A stretch of DNA of 64,000 nucleotides from Gemmatimonadota bacterium (GTDB lineage: Bacteria; Gemmatimonadota; Gemmatimonadetes; Gemmatimonadales; GWC2-71-9): contig JAZDCY010000014.1 in assembly GCA_036679645.1 (NCBI GenBank), positions 32,001-96,000 on the forward strand. The letters run 5' to 3'. Below, one piece after another: positions 9,696 to 20,925 of the stretch (its first letter is position 1; every line of letters begins with the position of its first letter). Both the position numbers and the translations under genes were made by a program. Below the pieces are notes generated by a model. The model was not told where the DNA came from, did not search any database, and saw only the letters and a list, made by a program, of their open reading frames with translations.

Positions 9696-12600
9696 CTACG
9701 ATCGGGGCCGCTCTCCCCCGACGACAATCGCCGGTAAATTCAAGGTCGCAACGGCCCGATTGAATGCCGGGATGCCTTCCTCGAGCACCGCATTCAACCG
9801 ATCGAGCTGTTCCTGCAGTTGTGCCGACAGTTCCTCGAAGACGGCGTACGCCTGATCGGTCGGCTTGTGGTCGCCGTTGGCTACAACACCGCTGAGACCC
9901 GCGATCTTGTTGTTGAGCCGGATCGGAAAGTTCAGCGGGTCCTGGCTGCTGCGGTTCTGAGTCTGATAGATCGATTCCTCGATCTCCTTCAGGTCTCCCT
10001 TCATGTCGTCCGCTGTGGCGCGCACCGAATCTGCCGCGACACTGTCCACCGCGTCGCCAGCAGACGTGATTCTTTCGAGCACACCGTCAATCTGCTCGCG
10101 CACCGTACGGATGCGTGACACAGCGTCATTCGCCTCGCCGACGCGATCGCGGATCCGGATCAGGAAATCGAATTGTTCCTGCAGATCTGCCTGGGTTGCC
10201 GGGACGCGCGGGTCGGCGGCCAGGTCGAACGATTCGGTCTGCGACCACTCACCGACACTCAACCGCACCTGATAGGTCCCCGGCACGGCTCGCGGCCCGG
10301 CCGTACTCCCACCCCACATGATCAGGCCATCGAACCGGCTGGCATCGGGATACCGCATGTTCCACGCAAATCGGTTCATACCGGACTCGACCTCTAGCTG
10401 GGCATTCCGCTCACTCGCCTCGGAGGAATATGACTTGATCACCTCACCGTCCTCCTCGAGGAACTCGAGCTTCACCTCGACGTCCTCGTCCGCCTCACGC
10501 ACGTAGAAGAACGTCATGACGCCAGCGGGAGGATTCTGCCCGACGCCGGTGGCACCGAACCCGAACCCGAACCCGCCACCCATTCGGTACGTGGGCCGAG
10601 GGGCATAGAGATGGAAGTCGGCCGCCGCAATGTCCTCATCAAGCGCACGCAGCGGAGTGACATCATCCAATATCCAGAATGACCGGCCGTGCGTCGCGAC
10701 AATCACGTCGCGGTCCTGGAGGATGAGATCGTGCACGGGTACTACCGGAAGATTCAGCTGTAGCGACTGCCAGTCTTCCCCGTCATTGAACGACACATAG
10801 ACACCGAACTCCCCGGCGGCGTACAACAGCCCGGGACGCTCGAGATCCTCACGCACTGCCCGGATGAAGTGGTTTGCCGGAATCCCATTCGTAATCAGGT
10901 CCCAGGACCGGCCGTAGTCATCCGTTTTGAAGATGTAGGGGGTGAAATCATCCAGCTTGTATCGTGTCGCGGCCACGTAGGCGGTGGCGGGATCGTGCGG
11001 TGAGACGTCGATGATGCTGATGAGCGCCCACTCGGGGAGATCCCGCGGCGTGACGTTGGTCCACGTCTGACCGGCATCCTGCGTCACGTGCACGAGCCCG
11101 TCGTCGGAGCCCGCCCACATGACGTTGGGGTCGTGCTGGGACGGTGCGAGCGCAAACACGGTCCCGTAGTACTCGACGCTCGTGTTGTCCTTGGTGATCG
11201 GGCCGCCCGAGGAACCCATCTTGCTCTTGTCGTTTCGTGTGAGGTCGGGACTGATCCGCTCCCACGTCTGGCCCTCATTGGTCGTGCGGTGCACGTGTTG
11301 CGATGTGACGTAGAGCGTGTTCGGGTCATGCGGGGAGAGGATGATAGGGAACGTCCACTGAAATCGCTCCCGTAACTCAGCCGCGCCCCAGCCCATGGGG
11401 TTGTCGGGCCACACCGTGACGCTGCGGTTCTGCCGGTTGGCTAGGTCATGCCGGCTGAGCTGGCCGCCATAGCATCCCGCGTAAAAGATGTCGGTGTTGT
11501 CGGGTCGTTGCGCCACATAGCCGCTCTCGCATCCACCCACACTTACGACGTAGCTCGAGGGCCGGATGCCACCTCCCGTCGTCCGGCTGGGCACACAGAT
11601 CGTGCTGTTGTCCTGCTGGCCGCCGCAGACCATGTACGGGAAGTCGGCGGTTGCATAGGCGTGATACATCTGCGCCGTCGGCTGGTTGTCCTGCTGTGTC
11701 CACGTGACGCCGCCGTTGTACGTGACGTTCGCGCCGCCGTCGTTGCCGTTGATCATCCGGTCGGCATCGTTCGGCGCAATCCACAACGCGTGATTGTCAC
11801 CGTGTGGCGTGCGAACCCGGCTGTAGGTGCTGCCGCCGTCGACCGAGCGATAGAACCCGGTGTTCATCACGTACACGGTCTCAACGTCCTCGGGATCGGC
11901 GTCGATCTCCGTGTAGTACCAGGCGCGCTGCCGCAGCGAGCGGTCACTGTTCACGCGACGCCACGTCTCGCCGGCGTCGTCGGAACGGAACACCCCACCC
12001 TCGTCGGCTTCGACGATTGCCCACACGCGGCTCGGGTTGACCGGTGAGACGGTGACCCCAATCTTCCCAATCGTGCCGTCCGGTAGCCCCTCGTTGCGCG
12101 TGAGTTCCGTCCAGGTGTCACCCCCATCAGTGGACTTGAAGAGTCCGCTCCCCGGCCCGCCGCTCTCCATCCCCCACGGCATGCGCTGCACCTGCCAGAG
12201 CGCCGCGTAGAGAATGCGCGGGTTGGTGGGATCCATCGTGACCGCGATCGCGCCCGAGCGCTCGTCGCGATAGAGCACGCGTTCCCAAGTGGTACCGCCG
12301 TCGCGCGAGCGAAAGACGCCGCGCTGCTCGTTGGGCCCGAAGATGTGGCCAAGCGCCGCCACGTAGACGACGTTGTGATCGGTGGGATGCACCGTGATCT
12401 GGCCGACTTGCCCCGCATTCTCGAGGCCGATGGCCGTCCACGACTGTCCGGCATCGGTCGACCTGTATACCCCGTTTCCGGGCGAGACGTTACCGCGCGG
12501 CGGCGACTCGCCCGTGCCGACGTAGATCACGTTGGGATCCGATGGCGCGACCGCGATAGCGCCGATAGACCCGGCCATGGTCGTGCTGTCTGTGGTCGGG

Positions 12601-12839
12601 AACCACCGCGCACCGCCGTCCGTCGTCTTCCAGACGCCGCCGCCGGTCCCGCCGAAATAGTAGGTGTAGGGTTGATCCGCATGCCCCGCGACCGCGGTCG
12701 ACCGACCGCCCCGGAAGGGACCAATCATGCGCCACTGCATTGCGTGGTAGAGGGTCGAGTCGTACTGCGCCGCTGCCGTCGCCGTGGAAAGGGCGAGCGT
12801 CGCAACGGCGAGCGTCGAGAGGAGAACCGAACGCCGCAT
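9696..12839 (-). CDS. secreted BNR/Asp-box (VPS10/sortilin-like) beta-propeller glycosyl-hydrolase-like protein
   Basis: Signal peptide; WRMIGPFRGGR; many (S/T)xDxGxTW repeats. Confidence 0.85.
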   Translation of the reverse strand: MRRSVLLSTLAVATLALSTATAAAQYDSTLYHAMQWRMIGPFRGGRSTAVAGHADQPYTYYFGGTGGGVWKTTDGGARWFPTTDSTTMAGSIGAIAVAPSDPNVIYVGTGESPPRGNVSPGNGVYRSTDAGQSWTAIGLENAGQVGQITVHPTDHNVVYVAALGHIFGPNEQRGVFRSRDGGTTWERVLYRDERSGAIAVTMDPTNPRILYAALWQVQRMPWGMESGGPGSGLFKSTDGGDTWTELTRNEGLPDGTIGKIGVTVSPVNPSRVWAIVEADEGGVFRSDDAGETWRRVNSDRSLRQRAWYYTEIDADPEDVETVYVMNTGFYRSVDGGSTYSRVRTPHGDNHALWIAPNDADRMINGNDGGANVTYNGGVTWTQQDNQPTAQMYHAYATADFPYMVCGGQQDNSTICVPSRTTGGGIRPSSYVVSVGGCESGYVAQRPDNTDIFYAGCYGGQLSRHDLANRQNRSVTVWPDNPMGWGAAELRERFQWTFPIILSPHDPNTLYVTSQHVHRTTNEGQTWERISPDLTRNDKSKMGSSGGPITKDNTSVEYYGTVFALAPSQHDPNVMWAGSDDGLVHVTQDAGQTWTNVTPRDLPEWALISIIDVSPHDPATAYVAATRYKLDDFTPYIFKTDDYGRSWDLITNGIPANHFIRAVREDLERPGLLYAAGEFGVYVSFNDGEDWQSLQLNLPVVPVHDLILQDRDVIVATHGRSFWILDDVTPLRALDEDIAAADFHLYAPRPTYRMGGGFGFGFGATGVGQNPPAGVMTFFYVREADEDVEVKLEFLEEDGEVIKSYSSEASERNAQLEVESGMNRFAWNMRYPDASRFDGLIMWGGSTAGPRAVPGTYQVRLSVGEWSQTESFDLAADPRVPATQADLQEQFDFLIRIRDRVGEANDAVSRIRTVREQIDGVLERITSAGDAVDSVAADSVRATADDMKGDLKEIEESIYQTQNRSSQDPLNFPIRLNNKIAGLSGVVANGDHKPTDQAYAVFEELSAQLQEQLDRLNAVLEEGIPAFNRAVATLNLPAIVVGGERPRS

Positions 12840-12947
12840 CGAAGACCTCGGAATTCGTGGTGAGTTAGGCTTGGCGACTTGGGTTATATCGCGCGAGACG
12901 AGATCCCGCTAGGGCCGACCCTGTCAACCGTTTCCGTCAACCATACA

Positions 12948-14159
12948 CTACTTCAAGACGTCCGCCACCTCACCCAACGCCCACTCCAACGCCTCCTTTT
13001 CCACCGTGAGCGGCGGCGCAAAGCGGATCACCTGCGCGTGCGTCTCCTTGCACAAGATCCCGCGTTCGGCCAGAGCCTCGCAGAACGGCCTGGCCGTGCC
13101 GCTCGACTCCTTGACCTCGACCCCAACCATCAGTCCCTTGCCCCGGATCTCCTTGACGTGCGGCGACTCGATCTTGCACAACTCACCCATGAACCACTGA
13201 CCGATCTCCTGTGCGCGGTCTGCCAGTCTCTCCTCTTGCAACACCTGGAGTGCGGCGCGGCCTACAGCGGCGCCGAGCGGATTCCCACCAAAGGTGGAAC
13301 CGTGATCGCCGGGAGCGAAGACGTCCATGACGGGCGCATCCGCCAGCATCGCCGAGACCGGGTACACGCCCGCGCCGAGCGCCTTGCCGAGCACCATCAC
13401 ATCGGGGCGCACGCCGTCCCACTCGCAGCAGAACATCTTCCCCGTGCGCCCGAGGCCCGTCTGAATCTCGTCGGCCACGAGCAGGACGTTGTTCGCCTTG
13501 CAGATCTCCGCTGCGCGAGCCAGATACCCGTCCGGTGCCACGATGACACCACCCTCCCCCTGAAGCGGCTCGACGAGAAACGCGGCGGTGTTCGCGGTGA
13601 TCGCGCGCTCGAGCGCATCGGCGTCGGCGAACGGCACTACCACGAACCCAGGCGTGAGTGGCCCGAAATCGGCCTTGTAGGCGTCCTCGGTGGAAAACGA
13701 CACGACCGTCGTCGTGCGACCGTGGAAGTTGTTCGCGCACACGATGATCTCGGCCTGATCGGCGGGAATCCCCTTCACGCGATAGCCCCAACGACGCACC
13801 GCCTTGATCGCCGTCTCGACAGCCTCTGCGCCGGTGTTCATTGGGAGCGCCTGCTCGTAGCCGGAGAGTTCGCAAAGTTCTCGCAGGAACGGACCCATCT
13901 GGTCGTTGTGAAAGGCGCGCGACGTCAACGTGAGCCTCTCGAGTTGTGCCCGTGCCGCCTCGAGAATCGCCGGGTGGCGGTGCCCCTGATTGAGCGCCGA
14001 GTAGGCGGCGAGGCAGTCGAGATAGCGCTTCCCATCGACATCCCACACCCAAGCGCCTTCCCCGCGCTCGAGGATGATGGGCAACGGCAGGTAGTTCTTG
14101 GCGCTGTAGCGATCGACTTCGCTGAGGTAGTCAACAGACGTGGTCATCGGTGCATACAC
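12948..14159 (-). CDS. rocD: ornithine--oxo-acid aminotransferase
   Basis: AAYSALNQGHRHP, LTLTSRAF, PMNTGAEAVETA, DEIQTGLGRTG, HGSTFGGNPL; start may be 14147. Confidence 0.92.
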   Translation of the reverse strand: MYAPMTTSVDYLSEVDRYSAKNYLPLPIILERGEGAWVWDVDGKRYLDCLAAYSALNQGHRHPAILEAARAQLERLTLTSRAFHNDQMGPFLRELCELSGYEQALPMNTGAEAVETAIKAVRRWGYRVKGIPADQAEIIVCANNFHGRTTTVVSFSTEDAYKADFGPLTPGFVVVPFADADALERAITANTAAFLVEPLQGEGGVIVAPDGYLARAAEICKANNVLLVADEIQTGLGRTGKMFCCEWDGVRPDVMVLGKALGAGVYPVSAMLADAPVMDVFAPGDHGSTFGGNPLGAAVGRAALQVLQEERLADRAQEIGQWFMGELCKIESPHVKEIRGKGLMVGVEVKESSGTARPFCEALAERGILCKETHAQVIRFAPPLTVEKEALEWALGEVADVLK

Positions 14160-14207
14160 CCTATGGTAAAGCGTCTGAATAATGATAACGCCCCTACAGG
14201 TGCGCCC

Positions 14208-15173
14208 CTACCGGCTGGGCACCTTTTCCAGGAGCAATACCGCAAACCAGTCGCGGTCGTCCGTGAACGCGCGCACCAGCCGGAAATCGAAGCAGGCGAG
14301 GTAGTCCTCGAGGCTACCCAGCGTGAACTTCCGGCTGATCTCGGTCATGATCTGTTCGCCGGCCTCGATGCGGAAGTCTCGTCCAAGCGGGCTCACGTGA
14401 AGCGTCTGCGTTGTCTGGAAGCGGGCCGAGATTTCGATCCGTCGCCACGCGGCGTTCCACGTCGCCGCATGCTCGATGCGGTCGACATCGAGACCGGCGT
14501 CGAGTTCGCGGTTCATCCGCGTGAACAGATTCCTGGTGAACGCCGCCGTGACGCCGGCGGCATCGTTGTACGCCGCCTCCAGAACCGTCCCATCCTTGAC
14601 GAGATCGACACCCAGCAGGACGTAGCTGCCGTCCTCGATGGTCGCCGAGACGCGGCGCCAGAAGCTGATCGTCTCGGCTTGATTCATGTTGCCGATGGTG
14701 GAGCCAAGAAAGAGCAACATCGTGGGCGCGTACTGCGTCAGGAGGGGGAACGCTGCTTCGTACTGCCCGTGCACCCCTGCGACGTTGACCGACGGGAACG
14801 TCTCCCCAATGCGCTCCGCCGCCACCTCGAGAATCGATGCGCTCACATCGACCGGAACGTACCGGATCTCGTCGTGGTGCTCGCTGTACGCGGCTAGCAG
14901 ATGATCGGTCTTGACCGCACTACCGGACCCCAACTCGATCAACGTTACCGGACCGGTGATCTCACGAATCTCCGACGCCGAACGTTCGAGAATGGACGAT
15001 TCGGTTCGCGTAAGGTAGTACTCGGGTAGATCGCAGATCTGCTCGAAGAGAGCGCTGCCGTTCGCATCGTACAGAAAGCGTGCGGGCAGCCATCGCGGAC
15101 TGTCACTCAGCCCGAGCGCAACGGCCTGCGCGAAGTCCAGCACCGGATTCGCGCTCACATCGGTCGAAGCCAT
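14208..15173 (-). CDS. egtD: L-histidine N(alpha)-methyltransferase
   Basis: LYDANGSALFEQICDLPEYYLTRTE, ELGSGS, FLGSTIGN, AYNDAAGVTAAF, TEISRKF. Confidence 0.9.
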   Translation of the reverse strand: MASTDVSANPVLDFAQAVALGLSDSPRWLPARFLYDANGSALFEQICDLPEYYLTRTESSILERSASEIREITGPVTLIELGSGSAVKTDHLLAAYSEHHDEIRYVPVDVSASILEVAAERIGETFPSVNVAGVHGQYEAAFPLLTQYAPTMLLFLGSTIGNMNQAETISFWRRVSATIEDGSYVLLGVDLVKDGTVLEAAYNDAAGVTAAFTRNLFTRMNRELDAGLDVDRIEHAATWNAAWRRIEISARFQTTQTLHVSPLGRDFRIEAGEQIMTEISRKFTLGSLEDYLACFDFRLVRAFTDDRDWFAVLLLEKVPSR

Positions 15174-15424
15174 TAACCAAGCTATCCGGCACCCCGGAAG
15201 GCGGCAACCATCGATGACGGAGGCTGTCCCGCCTCGAGGCAACACGACAGCGGACTGCCACCTGGCGAGCGGAATGCGACGGCCCAAAGCCAGGGCCTGG
15301 GAGATGTTCGGTGACGGAACCACTTTGTGGACAACGACTTAAGGCGCTTCCAGGAGCGTCGGTACGGCGTTTGCAACCCGTTTGCGTAGACGGCGCTCGT
15401 CAAGCAGCGATGAGTTGCCGATAA

Positions 15425-15507
15425 CTCTGTAGAACGGCATACGGCGGGTGACCGCCGGACGCAAAGCCATCGGATCTCCCACCGCGGAGACGGCCGGGCC
15501 GCCGGAG
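15425..15507 (+). ncRNA. c-di-GMP-I (GEMM) riboswitch
   Basis: GGCAUAC-GGCGG[GUGA]CCGCC-GGACGCAAAGCC..CGG.UCU...AGA.GGCCGGGCCGCCG; P1 CUCUG/CGGAG; directly upstream of ATG 15513. Confidence 0.85.
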
Positions 15508-15512
15508 AGAGA

Positions 15513-17150
15513 ATGCAAGAATCGACGAGTGCGCTCTATGCGCACCTCACGGAACTCGAAAACCGCCTCGAGATAGAAACCCAGCGCCGCGCTCAGGCGG
15601 AGACATCACTCCGACGCCTGACGAAGGCGGCGGAGACCATGCAACTCGGCGTCACAATTACCGATGTCGAGGGCAAGATCGTCTATACCAATCCGGCCGA
15701 CGCCATCATGCACGGGTACACGGTCGATGAATTGATCGGCCAGGACGTGAGCGCGCTCGGCTGCCCGCACGATCGCAACCGCCTGGAAGCCAAAGCACTC
15801 GAGGGCATGAAGAGCTGGCAGCGCGAGCGGCTCAACACGCGCAAGGATGGCTCGGTGTTCCCCGTCGAGTTGCTGTCGGACGCGGTGATCGATACCGACG
15901 GCCGCCCCATAGGGATAATCACCACCTGCCAGGACATCTCGTCCCGCAAGGCCGCCGAGCAGCAACTGCGCGATTCACACGAAGAGCTCGAAGCCCGACT
16001 CCGCCAATCCCAGAAGTTAGAAGCCATTGGACAGCTCACGGGCGGGATTGCGCACGACTTCAACAACATGCTGGCCGTCGTCCTCGCCAACGCCGAGCTG
16101 CTGGTAGCTTATCTCCCGGAGGACGACGACGATCTCCGCGTTGCAGCGTCCGACATCCGCGAGGCGGCGCGGGCCAGCGCACGGATGATCGAGCGATTGC
16201 TCGGGTTCAGCCGACAGGCGCCGCTCGAGTTGATCCCCACGGACCTGGGACAGTTGGTCTGTGATACGACGGGGATGCTGCGTCGTATCATCAGACAGGA
16301 CATCGAGATCGAGGTCGCTACCGACACGCCGGCAGGAACCGTGACGGCAGACCATTCCGCGGTGCAGCAGATGCTCATGAACCTCGTCACGAACGCGCGC
16401 GACGCCATGTCGGAAGGCGGAGCAATACGTATCGTCGTCGCGAACGAGATCCTCGGTGAAGACGAACAGAAAGCGCATCCGTGGGTGCAACCCGGAGACT
16501 ATGTGCGCGTCTCGGTCAGCGACACCGGTACCGGCATGGACGCGGATACTCTCGGGAGGGTCTTCGAGCCGTTCTTCACCACGAAACCGCAGGGGCAAGG
16601 TACGGGCCTCGGTCTCGCCATGATCTACGGGCTCATGAAGCAGCACCGCGGGTACGTGCATGTGTTCAGCGAGCCGGGCCTTGGCACGACGGTGCACATG
16701 CACTTCCCGGCCATAGCTGCCCAGGCGGAGCGTCCGTCGATCCCCATCTCCACTGCCGCGTCCTTCGACCCGCAGAGCGGCACGATTCTACTCGCCGAAG
16801 ACGAAGAGATCGTGCGGCGCACCGCCTGCCGGGCGCTCGAAAGGCTGGGGTACCGGGTGCTCGCTGCCCAAGACGGAGCCGACGCCATCGCCATTTTCCA
16901 TCAACACCGCAACGAGATCGGGTTGGTCATGTCGGACATGATCATGCCCAAAATGGGTGGCCGCGAGTTGTACGCGGCCATTCGCCGAGAGGACCCGCGC
17001 ATCCCATTTCTCTTCACGAGCGGGTACCGACCTGACGACGTGCGCGTTCGTATCTCATTGAGCGAGCACACCATGGTACTGCAGAAACCGTGGAAGCTGG
17101 ACGATCTTGCTGCTGCCGTGCGGCGAGCTCTTGACGCGGTCGCCCAGTAG
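15513..17150 (+). CDS. hybrid sensor histidine kinase (PAS-HisKA-HATPase-REC)
   Basis: GGIAHDFNNML, NLVTNARDAM, FEPFFTTK, GTGLGL, C-terminal receiver. Confidence 0.95.
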   Translation: MQESTSALYAHLTELENRLEIETQRRAQAETSLRRLTKAAETMQLGVTITDVEGKIVYTNPADAIMHGYTVDELIGQDVSALGCPHDRNRLEAKALEGMKSWQRERLNTRKDGSVFPVELLSDAVIDTDGRPIGIITTCQDISSRKAAEQQLRDSHEELEARLRQSQKLEAIGQLTGGIAHDFNNMLAVVLANAELLVAYLPEDDDDLRVAASDIREAARASARMIERLLGFSRQAPLELIPTDLGQLVCDTTGMLRRIIRQDIEIEVATDTPAGTVTADHSAVQQMLMNLVTNARDAMSEGGAIRIVVANEILGEDEQKAHPWVQPGDYVRVSVSDTGTGMDADTLGRVFEPFFTTKPQGQGTGLGLAMIYGLMKQHRGYVHVFSEPGLGTTVHMHFPAIAAQAERPSIPISTAASFDPQSGTILLAEDEEIVRRTACRALERLGYRVLAAQDGADAIAIFHQHRNEIGLVMSDMIMPKMGGRELYAAIRREDPRIPFLFTSGYRPDDVRVRISLSEHTMVLQKPWKLDDLAAAVRRALDAVAQ

Positions 17151-17156
17151 GACGCG

Positions 17157-18254
17157 CTAGCGCACGATACGCGTCTCGGGCTTGAAGATCGCCCAGGCAA
17201 ACCAGAAGTGATTGCCGTGCTGGACGGGCGTGAGGTGCCTCCCCTCCAGCGGCCCGCCCACCGCCCGGCCCAAACCGTCCCAAGTACTGCCGGTCTCACG
17301 ATCGCGAAAGTGGCCGTCTCCCGCCGGTTCGAAGGTGAGCTGTCGTCCATCGACCGTACGCCGATACACACCAGATGAACCCACATCTCGGCCCCGGCTG
17401 ATCTGCCCCGCGTCGAGCGCGCTAGCGGTGCCGGGAGCCCAGAAGACCACGAGCGAAACACCGCCCACCTCACCGTGAATCACCCGCTGCTCCTCGAGCG
17501 CGGAGAACGGGAACGCGGCGGTCTCGCCAGCGATCTGCACCGCCGCGATCCGCTCCATGGCAGGTAGCCTGGCGTCCGTGTCGGGGAAGAAGAAGCTGGA
17601 GTACGGACGCGATTGAGAGTCGTATGCCTCGTAGGGATTCTGACCGTACCGCCGCGAGAAACCGGTGTTCTTCGAGAGGACGCTGCCGTCCGGATAGGTC
17701 CCCTTGAACGTTTCCCAGTTGATCAACGGCGCATGCAGAAAGTCGAGTTGGTCGCCGGCCATCTCGCCCACAATTGCCTCGCCCGTTGCCTGCTGCCACC
17801 ATGTTTCGGTCTGGCGATCGTACATCACGAGATCCGAATGGCGCAGCCACCCGGTCGTCCCGAAGTCGAGCACCTGCCCGTTGTGTCGGCGGTCGAACGC
17901 GAGCGCGGTGTTGCATAACGGACAGAACGTGATCGTTACGGGCACGCCGCCAACCTCGTCGTTTACGATTTCGTGCCATATGAGAATCTGCAGCGGATAC
18001 GCCTTGGCGTCGCCGTTGATGCGCACCATCACTACCGGTTCACGATCATCGAGCCAGCGATCGGCGCGATCGACGGAGACGAAAGTGGGCCGATCGATAG
18101 GTGGAATGCCGTCCTTCGGCGGCCCGCCGGGGACGATCTCTTCCATCGGAACGGTGCGGTTTTCGAAATCGGTCCGCCACGAACCGTCCTGCTGAGCGGA
18201 ACACGCGGGCGGGACGGCGGCAAGCAACGCGGTGCAGACGAGGAATCGGTTCAT
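17157..18254 (-). CDS. DUF3179-family exported protein
   Basis: GGPPKDGIPPID, KAYPLQILIWHEIVND, TFCPLC, LVMYDRQTETWWQQ, FWFAW. Confidence 0.85.
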   Translation of the reverse strand: MNRFLVCTALLAAVPPACSAQQDGSWRTDFENRTVPMEEIVPGGPPKDGIPPIDRPTFVSVDRADRWLDDREPVVMVRINGDAKAYPLQILIWHEIVNDEVGGVPVTITFCPLCNTALAFDRRHNGQVLDFGTTGWLRHSDLVMYDRQTETWWQQATGEAIVGEMAGDQLDFLHAPLINWETFKGTYPDGSVLSKNTGFSRRYGQNPYEAYDSQSRPYSSFFFPDTDARLPAMERIAAVQIAGETAAFPFSALEEQRVIHGEVGGVSLVVFWAPGTASALDAGQISRGRDVGSSGVYRRTVDGRQLTFEPAGDGHFRDRETGSTWDGLGRAVGGPLEGRHLTPVQHGNHFWFAWAIFKPETRIVR

Positions 18255-18335
18255 ACCCACGAAACGGAACAGCCGCTTTGTCTGTTCCCGGTTCCCGACA
18301 CATCTTTCCCCGCACCTTCCCTCCATGGAGTTCAC

Positions 18336-20296
18336 ATGCGACGGTTTCTGATTCGCTCGTTCGTGCTTGCCGCAATGGCGCTCAGCGCTATCGCGGAGCC
18401 CGTCGTGGCCCGTGTCGTACGAATCGTGATCGACCGGCGCGAACCGGTGTTGGCCGGCCGGGCATTCGGGAACTTCGGCGCATATGAGAAACTCGTGGGG
18501 CGCGTGTTCTTCACGTTCGATCCCGCTAACCCGGCGAACGCACGTATCGTCGATCTCTCCCTCGCACCGCGGAACGCGGACGGGTTGGTCGAGGCGTGGG
18601 CGGACTTCATGGTCCTGCGCCCGGTCAACGGGGGGAGTGGGGTGGCGTTGCTCGAGGTGAGCAACCGGGGCGGTAAGGCGAGCCTGTCCTATTTCAACGG
18701 AGCGCGCGGCAGTCGCGATCCTGTCGCCGAAGAGCACTTCGGTGACGGCTTGCTCATGCGACTGGGCCTCACTGTGATCTGGGTGGGGTGGCAGCACGAT
18801 GTCCCGCTCGGCGACGAGCGACTGCGCCTTCACGTTCCCACCGCCACGGGGCCCGACGGCCCCATCACAGGGTTGGTGCGCAGCGACTGGACCATCGACC
18901 GCGCTGCCGACACGCTCGACGTGGCCCACCGAAATCACGTTCCGTACGCGGCTAGCGATCCGTCCGACCCCGAGAACGTACTAACCGTGCGCGACGGCTC
19001 CATGACCGGTGGCGCTTCACGGCCAACGGCACCCGCATTGTGCTCGACGGCGGGTTCGCGGCCGGAAAGATCTACGAGCTGGTCTACCGATCGCAGGACC
19101 CCAAGGTCGTGGGCCTCGGGCTTGCCGCAATCCGCGACATGATCTCGTATGCCAAGTACGACGAGGAGAGCGCGTTTCCGGTGGCACGCGGCATCGCCAT
19201 TGGGATCTCACAGACCGGCCGCTTCCTGCGTCACTACCTGTACGAGGGGTTCAACACCGATGAGGACGGCCGCATGGCGTTGGACGGCATCATGGCGCAC
19301 ACCGCCGGCGCCGGACGGGGGAGCTTCAACCACCGTTTCGCGCAGCCGTCCCGGGACGCACACCGCTACTCGGCCTTTTTCTATCCGACCGACATCTTCC
19401 CGTTCACGTCACGGACGCAAACCGACACCGTGACCGGATGGACCGACGGGCTGTTTGCCCGCATGCGCGAGGAACATCGGCCAAAGGTCTTCTACACGAA
19501 CACCGGATACGAGTACTGGGGTCGCGCCGCCGGGCTGATTCACGTCTCGCCCGACGGCGCCGGGGACGTCGCACCCTTCGAGAACGAACGTATCTATCAT
19601 CTCGCGAGCGGACAGCACTTCGTCGTGCGCTTCCCGCCACCCGAGCGCAGTCGCATGGCCGACTCACCCGGATACCGCGGCAACCCGCTGAACTTTCTGC
19701 TCACGATGCGCGCCCTACTCGTGCGCATGGTCGAATGGGTGAGCGACGGCACAGAGCCACCGCCAGCCACCCACCCACGCATCGCGGACGGGACGCTGGT
19801 CCCAATCGATCAGATCCGGTTCCCACATATTCCCGGTGTGCCGTTCCCCACGGTGGCGCACGAGGCGTATCGCTCCGACTACGGGCCGCGCTGGAGCCAG
19901 GGAATCATCGAGAGACAACCGCCGGACCTGGGTGCGGCGTTCCCGGTACTGCTGCCGCAGGTCGACAGCCTTGGCAATGAGATGGGCGGTGTGCCATCGG
20001 TAGAGATCCAAGCCCCGCTCGCCACGTATGCACCATGGAATCTGCGTGCCGGATTCGCCGGCGGGACAACGGAGTTGACGGATTTCTTCGGAACGTACAT
20101 CCCTCTTCCGCGCGTTCCCGATGCTAGCGATCCCCGGCCGGACATCGGGAGCCTCTACGGAAACCGCGCGGTGTACCTCGCCCTCGCCGCGCGAGCCGCC
20201 GACTCACTCGTGGACCGCGGGTTCCTGCTTCCGGAAGACTCCGACCGCGCCATCCGGCGCGCGGCCGAGCAGTGGGACTGGATCATGGCGCGTTGA
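18336..20296 (+). pseudogene. secreted alpha/beta-hydrolase-domain protein, frameshifted at ~19000
   Basis: Signal peptide, FGAYEKL, EVSNRG, GWQ; second frame GLGLAAIRD, GISQTGRFLR, EYWGRAA; frames switch at LTVRDG|HDRWRF. Confidence 0.75.
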
Positions 20297-20925
20297 GCTG
20301 GCCCTGAGCGACCGATGACGATCACAACTTTGACAAGCGGAGCCACGCAATCGCCGCTGTGGCCCCTCCGCCGAGAACCGCGGGGTCGAGATCGCATCGG
20401 CCAGTCCCTCCAGCGGCCTTGCCATGCACGGATACATGTCACATGCGACACAATATCATGGGTGACATATACTCGCGCGTCTGCTGGCCGTCGCTGAGGA
20501 AGTGTCGCGTTTTGTCGATCTCCTGTGACCGAATCCGACGTACGACCGTCAAGAATGCGACGCTGCCGATCCGCGACCAGCGAATAGGCTGATCCTTCAC
20601 ACGGAATTCACGGCAGCGTTAGCTCATCCTGAGTAGCGTATGGACCATGTAGCGCGGCCCCCGGACTTCCATCCCGATTACGAGTGAGCGACCGTCATTC
20701 AAAGTCCGTACGCCGGGAGTCTTGGTCGTTGGCCGCAGCCGGAGTCTGGTAGGCGGTGGAGTTAGCAGATGTTGGACGTACGCATCCTGCTCGTGGCTTC
20801 GTGGTCCAGCACTCTCCCGGCGTCTTGCGCCGGCCTGTTTGCCGTACTTCACACCGCAGAAACGCGTTTGAGCGCGGTCCACCTGCTGGGGTGAGAGCTG
20901 CGTACGCGTTGATTGGAGCAGCACG

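Noticed and set aside
12879..14897. 672-aa + strand ORF
   Set aside because: Antisense shadow of rocD/egtD with no recognisable motifs
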